The translations under genes were made by a program, and so were the position numbers. Below are positions 1-12,020 of a DNA stretch of 64,000 bases, in pieces. Location of the stretch: the NCBI RefSeq assembly GCF_009914755.1, contig NC_060947.1. One strand, given 5' to 3'. Under the pieces are notes generated by a model. The model saw nothing but the letters and a program-made list of their open reading frames with translations. It had not been told where the DNA came from and searched no databases. The stretch's first letter is position 1. Each line of letters opens with the position of its first letter. This DNA comes from the human T2T-CHM13v2.0 reference genome, Homo sapiens.

Positions 1-554
1 GGAATCCTGCAAAATAGAAAGATTTGTTTGTAAATTCTGATAGTGAGATAATGAGCTAGTGACGGGTAATTTTTCTTTTCTTGGACACTTAATTCTGTTA
101 TGAAACTCAATTATCACATTGCTTTTTGGCATCATATCTGGAACGCCACCATTTAAAAGTTAAGATTCTTGGTATTTGGGAGTCTTCTAGATGCTACTAA
201 GAAAACAGGAATGAGTTTCTTTACTGAAAGTTTTTTGATGTGGTGTCATAGAATAACGTGTTGTAGACACAACCAGCTGCTTTATTACCTTAAAACTAGG
301 CATTTGTAAGTATTAAAATTTAAGAATATGGCAGATGATGTCCCTTAAGATTCAGACTATACTTAACTAGCTCTTCAGATTCGACAACACAATTTTTCCT
401 CTTTTAAAAAATTATAGGAGACTTGTAACTCAATACTGCTATTTTCTGTTTCTAATTTGCTGCTGATAATGTATATGCATTTAACATGCTGTGTAAGCTG
501 TGTCCTAGTTACTAAACAGCTTATGCAATGTTACTTTGCTAAATAGTCAAAAGA

Positions 555-2650
555 AAGGAAAAAGATAACTGTATAAATCAAAAGTAATAACAACATAGTA
601 TGAGGCATAAAACATATGTTGGAGTAAAATGTACAATAAAAATAGCACAAAGTCTTGGGGAGGGAAATAGAAGCACTGTATACTGTTGTACAGTTCTTAT
701 ATGACACGAAAAGTGGTATAATGTTATTTGACATTGGTACAATGTTGTTCAACATTGTACTGGAAATACTATCCAGTGGAATAAAAAAAGATACAGGGAA
801 AGCAAGCATGAAGCTTGGAAAGGAAGGAATAAAACTGCATATATTCACAGAAGACATAATCATTTATGTAGAAAATCTTAGATAATCCACAAAGAAGCCA
901 CTCGAACTAATATTTGTATTTTGAAAAATTTAGAGAGTATATGAGGTTAATTAATATACAAAACTGATTGCATCTCTGTATACTAGTTATGAATACACAG
1001 AAATCGAAATTTAAAAATTTAGAAGTTACCATTTAGGATACCATCCAAAAAATAAAATACATCCAAACAGCATCCAAAAAATTCAAATGAAATATTGAAT
1101 TTTAAGGAAGAAATTGACAATAGATTATCAAGAGATGTAAAACAGAATTACAAAGCATTGTTGGGAGAAATCAAAGAAGTCCTAAATAAAATGCAAAGAT
1201 ATACTGTACTGACAGATCGGAAGTTTTATTATTGTTAATATTCATTTCTACAGATCGACATTCAATATGAAGTCAATGAAAACTCTTGCAGACTTTTGTA
1301 AAAGTTGACAAGCTAATTCTAAAATTGATGTGGAAATGCAAGAAACCTAAAACAGTCAAAACAATTTAAAAAAATAAAATAAGAATTGTAGGACTCACAC
1401 TACTAAATTTAAAGATAATATAAAACTACAATAAAGACAGTATAGTATTGGTGTAAATATAGATATATAGATCAACGAAACATAGTAAAGCATGTAGATA
1501 TAGAACCATTCAAACATGGTCAATTGGTATACAGAACCAATGAAACGGCAATTATTTCAAAAAATTGTACTGGAACAATAAGATATCTGTATGCAAAAAA
1601 AAAGAACACTGACCATTACCACACACCTTACAAAAGTATTAACTTGAAATTGATTGTAGACCTAAATGTAAGGGCTAAAACTTTTAATGTTCTAGAAAAA
1701 AAAAGAAAAAATTTGAGTGACTTTAGAATAGAAAAATATTGTTTTAAATAGAACACAATAACCATGACATGTAAAAGAAAGGTGATAAATTTGTCTTCAC
1801 TAAAATTAGAGGCTTTGGCTCTTCCAAAGACACTGTTAAGAAAATTAACAGGCACGGTGGCTCACATCTGTAATCCCAGCACTTTGGGAGGCCAAGGAGG
1901 ATGGATCACGAGGTTAGGAGTTCAAGAAAAGCCTGGCCAAGATGGTGAAACCCCATCTCTAGTAAAAATACAAAAACTAGCTGGGCGTGGTGGCGGGCTC
2001 CTGTAATCCCAGCTACTCGGGAGGCTGAGGCAGAGAATTGCTTGAACACAGGAGGCAGAGGTTGCAGTGAACCGAGATCACGCCACTGCACTCTAGCCTG
2101 GGTGACAGAGCGAGACTCCATCTCAAAAAAAAAGAAAAGAAAAAAAAAGGAAATTAAAAGGTAAGCCACAGACTGATAGAAATATTTATAAGATATATAT
2201 CTGACAAAAAATTGTATAGAGACTATATTAAGCATGTACACCTCAATAATAAAAAGGCAAACAGCCTAATTTTTTTAATGGGCAAAATATATGAACTGTC
2301 ACTTTACCAAACATAAATGAATCTTAGAAGTATCATATTGAGTGAAATAAGAAAAGCCTCCCCCAAAATAAAACATATACACTGAATTGCATTTATATAC
2401 TGTTCACAAACAGGCAAAATTACACAATATTGTGTGGAGATGCACATATGGGTAGTAAAACTACAATAAAATCAAGGTCATTCTAATTATGAAACTAAGG
2501 ATATCAGTTTCTTCCATAAAGGAATTAGATGGGAGTGATTTTCAAGAGACACACAGTGGGCCTTAAGGTGCTGGTAATTTCTTGAGCTGAATCATGACTA
2601 TGCAGGTGTTTGCTTTATAATCACAGGTGTTCACTTTTTATAAAACTTAT
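555..2650 (+). mobile_element. Ancient L1M (L1MC/ME-type) fragments: inter-ORF, ORF2 and 3' UTR relics, interrupted by an Alu
   Basis: Degenerate ORF2 RT-like peptide (LFNIVLEILSSGI...LHIFTEDIIIYVEN, 655-885) and ORF2 C-terminal-like text (HTPYKSINLKLIVDLNVRAKT, 1524-1751); A-rich sense strand. Confidence 0.8.
1849..2148 (+). mobile_element. AluS (AluSg4/Sg7-like)
   Basis: Complete dimeric Alu with A tail; GGATCACGAGG, GGCCAAGATGG and GAGGCAGAGAATTG diagnostics; imperfect TSD aagaaaattaa / aaggaaattaa. Confidence 0.93.
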
Positions 2651-2764
2651 GAAAAATTTTAAGTAACACGAGTAGAATAAAAATAGAAAGCAAAAATTGC
2701 CAGCCACTAGAGAATAAAAAGGGATTAAAGAAGCCTTAGTAAACACATCAAAAACCCACAAAGA

Positions 2765-5150
2765 TAGTGATTCCACAGAAAACGGCAGAATAGGGAATTC
2801 ACAGTCCCCTCCCTCCATAAAAGCAACAGATAAACTAGCAAAAACTGTCAGAATCAACTTTGCAGGACTCTAGGAACTAGTCAAAATTTACAATAACCAG
2901 GAGAAAGTTTAATGAAAAAGGAAGCTGCTGCGTTGTAGTAAGAGAATGTTGTGGACTTTACAATTTCCCACCGATCATCTTCCACTTCCCAGATCAGCAG
3001 TGGCCATGAAGATGACATCCTGCATTCCTGGTTCAGGTTGCTAGTGCCAAAGGGAGCAACAGGAATTTTATTCTCAAATAGCTGTGATTGTCTTTCAACT
3101 AGTTGGGTAGCATTATGAAGCATCAGCGCAAGGGTTTGCATTTGTTTTGCTCAATTTACACCATTCCCAGGGTGGAGTGGCTTCCTAGGTGATTTTTGCA
3201 GAAAGTGTTTAAAGACAAACATTGGCTAAAGGAATCTTGAGCAAGAAATAGGTATGAGAAATAGACAAAGGAAAAATCATGGGAAGGAGGAAGTTGGTAA
3301 AGGAGATATGGGGAGGGAAGTGAATAAAAACTTTTGAAGCTCTTGCTTATAGGTGGGAATTGAGAAGGCAATGCAGTTGCCCAGGGCTAAACATATGCTC
3401 AGGAAAGGCCTGAGAAAACCCTAAGCTTTCACCTTTGAGTGACCCTCAGGCTTCTCTCAAACCGGAAGTGAAGGTTAAGGCCTGGCTAAGCAGTAAGAGT
3501 GCCACAACAGAAAGCCAAGCTAACTAAATAGATTTTTTTTCCTGTTTAATATTTCTTTCTTTCTTTCTTTTTTTGGCTTCAGGCTTTTACAGAAACCATG
3601 TAAAACACTATCTGACCATTAAACTAATGCAATACAGATTTCAATGGCCACACATGACAAAGAATACAGACTTTATGGAAATAATTTAGAAGAGTCACTA
3701 AACAAACAAACAGCCAGTAGCAAGCAGCAACAGCAAGCCCAGGGAGGGTAATAATCTGATTTCCAGAGTTGCCACATTATACTATTCAAAATGTCCTGTT
3801 TTTAACAAAAAAATTTACAAAGCATGCAAAGAAACAAGAAAATATGACCCATTTACAGAAAAAAATTACTAATAGAAACTGTTCCTGAGAAAGCTTACAT
3901 ATTGGGCTTACGAGACAGTGATAGTAAGTCAGCTGCCTTAAATATGCTCAAAGAGCTCAAGGAAATCAAAGACAAAGAATTAAAGAAAATCAGGAGAATG
4001 ATCTCTCACCAAAGAGAATATCAATAATGAGAGAGAAGTTATTGAAAAGAACCAAATTAAAATTTTAGAGCTGAAAAAGTACAATAACTGCATTGGAAAA
4101 TTTACCAGAGAGGTTCAACAACAGATTTGAGCATACAGAAGAAAGAATCAGTGTACTAAAAAGATAGATTAAGGAAATCATCTAGTCTGAGGAGAAGAAA
4201 AAAAGAATGAAGAAAGTGAACACAGCCTAAAAGACCTATAACATCAAGCATACCAATATATGCATAATGAAAATTCCAGAAGGAAAGAATAGAAGGCAAA
4301 AAAGTATATTTGATAAAAGTGTGGCCAAAAATTTCCCAAAGTTTTCAAAAGGGATAAATATACACATCCAAGAAAATTCTACAAATTTCAGATAGCATAA
4401 ACTCAAAGAGATCCACACCAAGACACATTACAATGAAATTATTGAAAAGCAAAGGCAGAGAATCTTGAAAGCAGCAAGAGAGAAGTGACTCACCATGTAC
4501 AGAAGAGCCTCAATAAGATTAACAGCTTATTTCTCTTCAGAAATCTTGGAGGCCAGAGGCAGTAAAGTGCTGAAAGGAAAAACTTGTCAACAAAGAATTC
4601 CATATCTGACAAAACTTTCCTTCCAAAATAAAAGAGAAATAAAGACCTGGTCAAGTAAACAAAAGTTGATGGAGTTTACAACTTGTAGACCTGTCCCACA
4701 AGAAATGCTAAAGCGGGTCTTCAAAGCTGGAAAGAGTAACTCATTAGATAGTTATTCAAAACCATATAAGAAATGAAGAGCAACATAAAGCTATCTACAT
4801 AGTTTAATTTAAAAGCCAGTTTCGTAACTATTCTGGTTTGTAACTCATCTTTTTCCCCACATTATTTAAGAAGACAAATGCTTAAAACAATAATTATAAA
4901 TCTATATAAATGGACACACAATGTATAAAGATGTGGCTTGTGACAGAAACAATATGGGAGGCTGGAGATGTAAATGAGCAGAGTTTTTGTATACTATTGA
5001 AATTAAGTTGGCATTCATTCAAATTTGATAGTTACAGACAAACTACTAAGATAAAAATTAAAAAAAAAAACAGAAAAGGAAATAAGGAAGGAATCAAAAT
5101 GGTTCACAAGAAAAAAATGAACTAATCACAAAATATGGCAGTAATGGAGG
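2765..5150 (+). mobile_element. Old L1 (L1MB/L1M-type) 5' UTR, decayed ORF1 and inter-ORF region
   Basis: ORF 4495-4776 (IRLTAYFSSEILEAR...QRIPYLTKLSFQNKREIK...EFTTCRPVPQEMLK) is homologous to the ORF1p C-terminus of the young L1 at 28475-29035; coiled-coil-like lysine/glutamate-coding sequence upstream. Confidence 0.85.
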
Positions 5151-5156
5151 ACATTA

Positions 5157-5920
5157 CCAACAAACATATGAAAAAAGCCCAACATCACTGATCATTCAAG
5201 AAATGCAAATCAAAACCACCATGAGATACCACCTCACACCAGTCAAAATGGCAATTATTAAAAAGTCAAGAAAAAATAGATGCTGGCAAGGCTGTGGAGA
5301 AATGGGAACACTTTTACCCTGTGGGTGGGAGTGTAAACTAGTTCAACCGTTGTGGAAGACAGTGTGGTGATTCCTCAAGAACCTAGAAACAGAAATACCG
5401 TTTGACCCAGAAATCGCATGACTGGGTATATACCTAAAGGAATATAAATCATTCTACTACAAAGACACATGCACATGTATATTTATTACAGCACTATTTA
5501 CAATAGCAAAGACATGGAACCAACCCAAATGCCCATCAATGATAGACTGGATAAAGAAAATGTTGTACATATACACCATGGAATACTATGCAGCCATAAA
5601 AAGGAATGAGATCATGTCCTTTAGAGAGACATGGATGAAGCTGGAAGCCATCATCCTCAGCAAACTAACACAAGAACAGAAAACCAAATACCACATGTTC
5701 TCACTCATAAGTGGAAGTTGAACAATGACAACAAATGGACACAGGGAGGGGAACAACACATACCAAGGCCTGTTTGGGGGGTGGGGTGTCGAGGGGAGGG
5801 AACCTAGATGATGGGTCAAAAGGTGCAACAAACCACCATGGCACAGGTATATCTATGTAACAAACCTGCACGTTCTGCACAGGTATCCCGGAACTCAAAG
5901 TAAAATAAAAATAAAGAAAA
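5157..5920 (+). mobile_element. 5'-truncated L1PA (L1PA8-like) 3' end
   Basis: ORF2 C-terminus ([21 protein letters not shown]...FSLISGS), G-rich 3' UTR and A-rich tail. Confidence 0.92.
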
Positions 5921-6733
5921 TAATCAACAAATCAGGAGTAGAAGAGCACTGACTCAACAGGATAAAGGACATGTATGAAAACTCCAAAGCTAACAATATA
6001 CTCAGTGGCAAAAAAGTGTAAACTTCCCCCTAAGATAAAGGACAAAACAAAGATACCCACTTTCACTGCTGCAATGCAACACTGTAGTGGAAGTTCTATG
6101 AACAACAACTAGGCAATAAAAGGCATCCAAACTGGAAATGAAGAGGGAAAATCATCTCTTTTTAGAGATGCCATGTAGAAAATCCTAAAGAATCCCCCAG
6201 AAAACTATTAATTAATAAATGAATTCAAGTTGCAGAATATAAGATTAAAAGACAAAAATTTATTACACTTTTCTACATTAGCGATGAACAATGCAAAAAG
6301 AAACTTAGGAAGATAATTTCATTTATAATATCATTAAAAATTAAATAAATGTTTTAATGATTTAACCAAGTAAGTGCAAGGCATGTGTTGAAAATTATAA
6401 AATATTGCCGAAATAAATTAAAGAAAAAAAAATTTTTAAATTAAATAAGATGGGGAAAGGCGTGCCATGTTCATGGATTGGAAAATTCAATATTGTTAAG
6501 ACACCAGTATTACTCAAAGAAATCTACATATTCAATTGAATCCCTTTGAAAATCTTAAAGGACTTCTTTTTTTGCAAAAATGAAAAACTGATCCTAAAAT
6601 TCATATGGAATTGTATTGGACTCTGAATAGCCAGAATAATAGGGGAAAAGAAAAACAAAGTTTGAGGACTTACACTTCCTTCTTTCAAACCTTACTACAC
6701 CAATCAAAATAGTGTGGTACTAGCATGATGACA

Positions 6734-6775
<42 letters not shown>

Positions 6776-8144
6776 TAGATAGATATATAGATATATAGAT
6801 ATAGATATAGATATAGATATAGATATATATGATATATATCTGTATGTATAGCTGTATATGTACATATATCATTTATATACCTAGGTTCAATTGATTTTGA
6901 AATTGATTTTAATCCATTGATTTCGAATGGCACAAATATCATTCAATATGAAAATAATAGTCTCAAAAATGGTGCTGGAACAACTGGGTATCCATACGCA
7001 AAAGAATTAAGTTGGGCCCATTTATCATACCATAGGCAAACAGTGACCCAAAATGGGTCAATAATCTAAATATAAAAGCTAAAACCATAAAACTGCTAAA
7101 ATAAAATATAGGGTAAATCTTCATGACCTTGGATTTGGCAATGGGTTTTTTATATGAAACCAAAAGCATGAGCTACAAAATAAAAATAGACACATTGGAT
7201 TTCAAAATTAAAAATGGATAAATTTGACTACATCAAAATTAAAAATTTTTCTCTTTCAAATACACCATCAAGAAAGTGAGAAGACAACCCACACAATGGG
7301 AGAAACTAATTGCGAATCATATATATAACAAGGGCCTATTACTCAAAATATACAAGGAAATTTTACAAATTGACAACAAAATGACAAACAACCTAACTAA
7401 AAATTGAGCAGATTATTTGAACAGATATTGCTCTAAAGATATTCAAACAGCCAGCAAGCACATGGAAGTACATTCAATGTTATTAGTCACTGGAAAAACA
7501 CAAATTAAAAACACACCTCACATCCACTAGGATGCTCATAATCAAAATGTCAGACAGTATCAAGTGTTGACAAGGATGTGGAGAAATTGAAACCCCTGTA
7601 CATTGCTTGTGAGGATGTAAAATGGTTCTGTTAATTAAGAAAGCAGTTTGGCAGTTCCTCAGTTACCCTGTGACCCAGCAATTTCATTACTAGGTATATA
7701 CCTGAAATACTTGAAAACAGGTACTCAAAAAAAGAAAAAAAAAAAAACACAGACACAAACGTTAATAGCAGCACTATTCACAATAGAAAAAAAAAGGTGG
7801 AAACAACCCGAATGCCTGTCAACAGATGAATGGATAAACAAAATGTGGTGTACACAAACAATAGCATACTATTCAGCCATAAAAAGGAATGAAGTACTGA
7901 TACATGCTGTGGATTAACCTCTAAAACATGCTAATTTAAAGAAACCAGACACAAAAAAGCACATACTGTATGATTCCATGCGTATGAAACATTTACAAAG
8001 GGTAAATCTACTGAGATAGCAAGCAGAATAGTGGTTGCCAGGGGCTAGTGAAGGGGTAAATGAAGAAGGACTAATATGTATGAAATTTCATTTAGGGGTG
8101 ATGAAAATGTTTTGGAACTACACAGAGGTGATGATTACACAACA
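5921..8144 (+). mobile_element. Old L1 (L1MB-type) ORF2 RT to 3' UTR, probably the same element as 2765-5150
   Basis: Decayed RT and C-terminal homology (CDPAISLLGIY...DEWINKMW...YYSAIKRNEVL, 7648-7917) followed by an L1MB-like 3' UTR. Confidence 0.85.
6738..6839. repeat. Compound microsatellite (TA)n / (TAGA)n / (TAGATA)n
   Basis: Directly visible. Confidence 0.97.
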
Positions 8145-8442
8145 TTTTTTTTATTATTATACTTTAAGTTTTAGGGTACATGTGCACAATGTGCAGGTTA
8201 GTTACATATGTATACATGTGCCATGCTGGTGTGCTGCACCCATTAACTCGTCATTTAGCATTAGGTATATCTCCTAATGCTATCCCTCCCCCCACCCCAC
8301 AACAGTCCCAAGAGCGTGATGTTCCCCTTCCTGTGTCCATGTGTTCTCATTGTTCAATTCCCACCTATGAGTGAGAATATGCGGTGTTTGGTTTTTTGTT
8401 CTTGCGATAGTTTACTGAGAATGATTGGAAATCATCATTCTC
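8145..8442 (-). mobile_element. Short L1PA3-like 3' fragment with a ~19-nt 5' inversion
   Basis: Poly-T head followed by reverse-complement L1 3' UTR (CCATTAACTCGTCATTTAGC, CCATGCTGG); 8424-8442 is sense L1 sequence identical to 32844-32862. Confidence 0.93.
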
Positions 8443-8444
8443 CC

Positions 8445-10105
8445 ACCTTCTAAATATGCTTCATCTATGGTCTTCCCAATCTGGGTAAATTGTTCCACCA
8501 TAAGCCAAGCCCATTCATTATACCTTCTAAATGTCTTTTAACTCTTCCCTCTTCTTTCTGGCTCCATTATTACTGCACAAGCCCAAACGCCATCCCAAAA
8601 AGCAACAGCAATGTACTTTGCACCACAAGTCAAGCTTAACTGACTTAGGGCTCACTGTTTTCTGTCTGAAGCTACTGTTCTTTGTTTTCCTACTACTTCC
8701 TGATTCTATGCTCCAGATCCATACATTAACTTGCCTACTTGACATCTTCATTTGAATGTCCCAAGTGCACCTCAGTGTAACATGCCCTGGACTTTTACCA
8801 TCATCTTTTGCCAGGATTATTTCAAGGCATACTAATCGGCCTCCCTGCTTTTCACCCTTGGCCCTTTAATTAATTCTCTGCACAGCAAAGAGTAATATGT
8901 TTTACAATGTAAATCAGAACGATATCACTCCTCTGTTTAAAACCTCTCATCAGCTCCTTTTCCTTTTATGACAAATATCAAATTCTATTCGTGTGGCTTA
9001 CTGGGGTCTACACACTCTGAACACTGCCTACTTCTTCAGTTCTGTCATATGTTGTTCTACCCAAATCTCATTGGACATACTATTTCCTTTGCCAACTCAG
9101 GCCTCAGCTTATTCTATTTCCTCTTCCAGAATATAATTTATCCACTAACCCCAACTCTTTTCACTTGGTTAACCCCTATCCTTCCATAAGTTCATCGTTT
9201 AAACTTCACATCCTTTAGATAAACATTTATTTCCCTCACCTCTAACAATGGCAGGTCCCTTCCTCTGGCTTCCGCAGAATCATGTGCTTTTCCTTTGAAA
9301 CACTTAGAACATGTCTAACTATTTACTGCTACATATTTAATATCTTTCCCACCCCTAAAAGGCTAAGTTCCAAGAGGGCAGAGATTTTTATCTTTTTATT
9401 CAACATTATATCCCCAATGCCTAGTACAACACTTGGAACATAGCTGGAGTTCAATAAGTATCTGTGAACTTACTTCAACAGTCCTACAATTGTTCCCCTT
9501 GCCTTTATTTTTCCCTTTCTATCTCCCCTAAGGTGCAAAATTTGAACAAAACAATTAACTGGTTGCCCAATGCCCTTGATATAAAGGCTAAACACCTCAA
9601 CATGACATAGAATATCGCATGATCAAGATACTGCTTGTCACTAGAGATTCATCTCCCAACACTCCCTATTCCCACACCAGGCTCCATACTGAACTATTTG
9701 CAGTTTCCCTGAGCACTTGGCATATGCCTGCTACAAATAAATCAAATATTTTCAAAATAAATAAATATTTCTTCCAAACAGTTCTAAAATCCACATATCT
9801 CTCTCTATTCCACTATCACTATCCTAGTCTAGACACTCGTAATATCTCATGTATTCTTCTTCAGCAACCTCTTAACAGACTTACTCCCAAGTCTGCCCTT
9901 TATGCCACTGCCAGAAAGATCTTACTAACATGTAAGTTTCAATATGACAATCTCCTCTCTCTCTTAAATTCCCTCAAAGAGTCTAGCCACTTATAAAATG
10001 AAATCTAAATTCATTAGTATGACACACATGATTGGTTATATGAGGTCATCAGTTTACGATGCTTGGCAAAATGTCTGTCATACTAAAAGTACTCATAAAT
10101 GTTAG
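8445..10105 (+). mobile_element. L2 fragments (with a short MIR-like end)
   Basis: C/T-rich L2-like text (CTACTTGACATCTTCATTTGAATG, CCTAGTACAACACTTGGAACATAG...CAATAAGTAT). Confidence 0.7.
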
Positions 10106-10109
10106 TCAC

Positions 10110-10583
10110 TGTGTTCTTTTGCTGCAGGAACAAACAAACCCCCCGCATCAATCTCAACATTTGTTGCTCAGGGTCTTCAGGCCAGCTGTGATTTGATAGG
10201 GTTCACCTGGGCTCAGGTTCAAATGTGCTCCATGTAGTCTCATTCTGTGACCCAGGCAGAAGAAACAGCAGTCTCATTCTACAACCCAGGCAGAAGAAAC
10301 AGCAGCTATCTGGGGATATGTTCTTCTCATAGATGGTGGTAAGAGCACAAAAGGCCAAAGCAAACTGTGTGGGCACATTTAAAACCTCTAATGGGACATG
10401 GCATATTTCTTACTTGCTCACATTACATTGGCCAAAACTCTCCACTCATCACATGACTAAACTGAAAGTCATTGGGGCAGGGAAGTAAACTGCACCCACT
10501 AAGTGGCACGGTAAAGTCACATGGATGAAAAACACTAATATAGAGAGAAACTAGAATAGTTGAAAACAACATTCTAATCCACT
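10110..10583 (-). mobile_element. Old MaLR LTR (MLT1K/L-like)
   Basis: TTTTGCTGCAGGAACAAAC start, CACATTACATTGGCCAAA and CACATGACTAAACT motifs typical of reverse-strand MLT1; contains a 34-nt tandem duplication. Confidence 0.7.
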
Positions 10584-10687
10584 AGAGCTTCCATTATTAT
10601 TCAAAGAACTTCACCAACTTATTCCTACCTACTTTTGCGGTTACATCTTCTGCTACTGCCAAACTTGAAATTTACATTGCAGTAATA

Positions 10688-12020
10688 CTGTGGTAGCTAG
10701 TCTCTAAAAATGAGCCCCCAATGATGCGTGCCTTTTGGTATTGGTGGTATTGTATAGGCTCCATCCCTTGAATCTTGGGTGAATATGTTATTCATTAGCC
10801 ACCAATAGAAGTAGAAGTGACACTGCATGACTTCTTAGCCAGGTCAGAAGAAGTCTTGCAGCTTCAACCTTGCTCCCTTAGAAAAGCACACTTGTGATTC
10901 TGTCTCTCAGGAAGCTCCCTCTTGAAACTAGTTATTATATTATGGGAATCCCAAGCCATGTGGAGACCATATGTGTGCACTTCAGTCAACTACCCCAGCT
11001 GAACTCTCAATGAATGGCCAGTATCAACTACCAGTAATATGAGTGAGCAATATTGTACATTTACTCCAGTTGAGTCTTCAAAAGACTGTAGCCCCAGCTG
11101 AACAACTAACTACAACTGCCAAAGATACCTTAAAAAGGAACCACAAATCTGAATCTGGTCAACTCACAGATTTGTAAGAGAAGGTTATAAATTGCTTTTT
11201 AAAAAAATATTACTTTGTTTTGGCATCCTGTGTTTATTTCAGTTGTGGCAAAATACACATAACATAGAACGTAGCATCTTAACTATTTTTAAGTGTAGAG
11301 TTCAGTGGTGTTAAGTACATTTACATTGGCATGCAACCAATCTCCAGAACTGTTCTCATCTTGCAAAAGTGAAATTCTATACCCTTTGAACGATATTCTT
11401 TTCTCTCCCCTGCAGCAACCACCATTCTACCTTCTGTTTACATGAATTTTGCTATGCTAGGTAACTCATATAAGTGAAATCATACAATATTTGTCTTTTT
11501 GTGACTGGATTATTTCACTGAGCATAACATCTTCAAATTTCATTCAAGTTGCAACATATGCCAGAATTATCATCCTTTATAAGGATGATATAATAGTCCA
11601 TTGTGTGGATAAACCATGTTTTGTTTATTCATTTATCTGTTGATGGATACTTGGGTAGCCTGCACCTCTTTGCCATTTTTAATAATGCTGCTATAAACAT
11701 AAGTGTATATATATACATATATATATCTTCAAGATCCTGCTTTCAAGTTTTTTGAATATGCACCCAGAACCGAAACTGCTGGATCACATGATAATTCTAT
11801 TTTTATTTTTTAAGAACTGCTTTACTGTTTTCCAGAGCAGCTGTGCCATTTGACGTTCAAACCAGCAGCTCACAAGGTTTCCAATTTTTCCACATCCTTG
11901 CCAACACTTGTTATTTTCTGTTTTTGTTTTTTTTTTTAAATAGCGGTCATCCTAATGTATTTTAAATGGTAAAATATTAAATTATGAAGTGGTTTCTCAC
12001 ACAGCAATAGAAAACTAAAA
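10688..12020 (+). mobile_element. MLT1F/G/H-like LTR split by an L1MB insertion
   Basis: Starts TGTGGTAGCTAGTCTCTAAAAATG; runs to about 11200 and resumes near 11980 with the MLT1 end (CACACAGCAATAGAAAACT). Confidence 0.72.
11205..11972 (-). mobile_element. L1MB-type 3' fragment
   Basis: Reverse-complement L1 3' UTR and ORF2 end (TTTTTAAGTGTAGAGTTCAGTGG, CCACATCCTTGCCAACACTTG). Confidence 0.85.

Noticed and set aside
1906-2241. Alu-derived ORFs (also 37987-38277 and 54679-55217)
   Set aside because: Typical Alu or microsatellite translations with no gene context.
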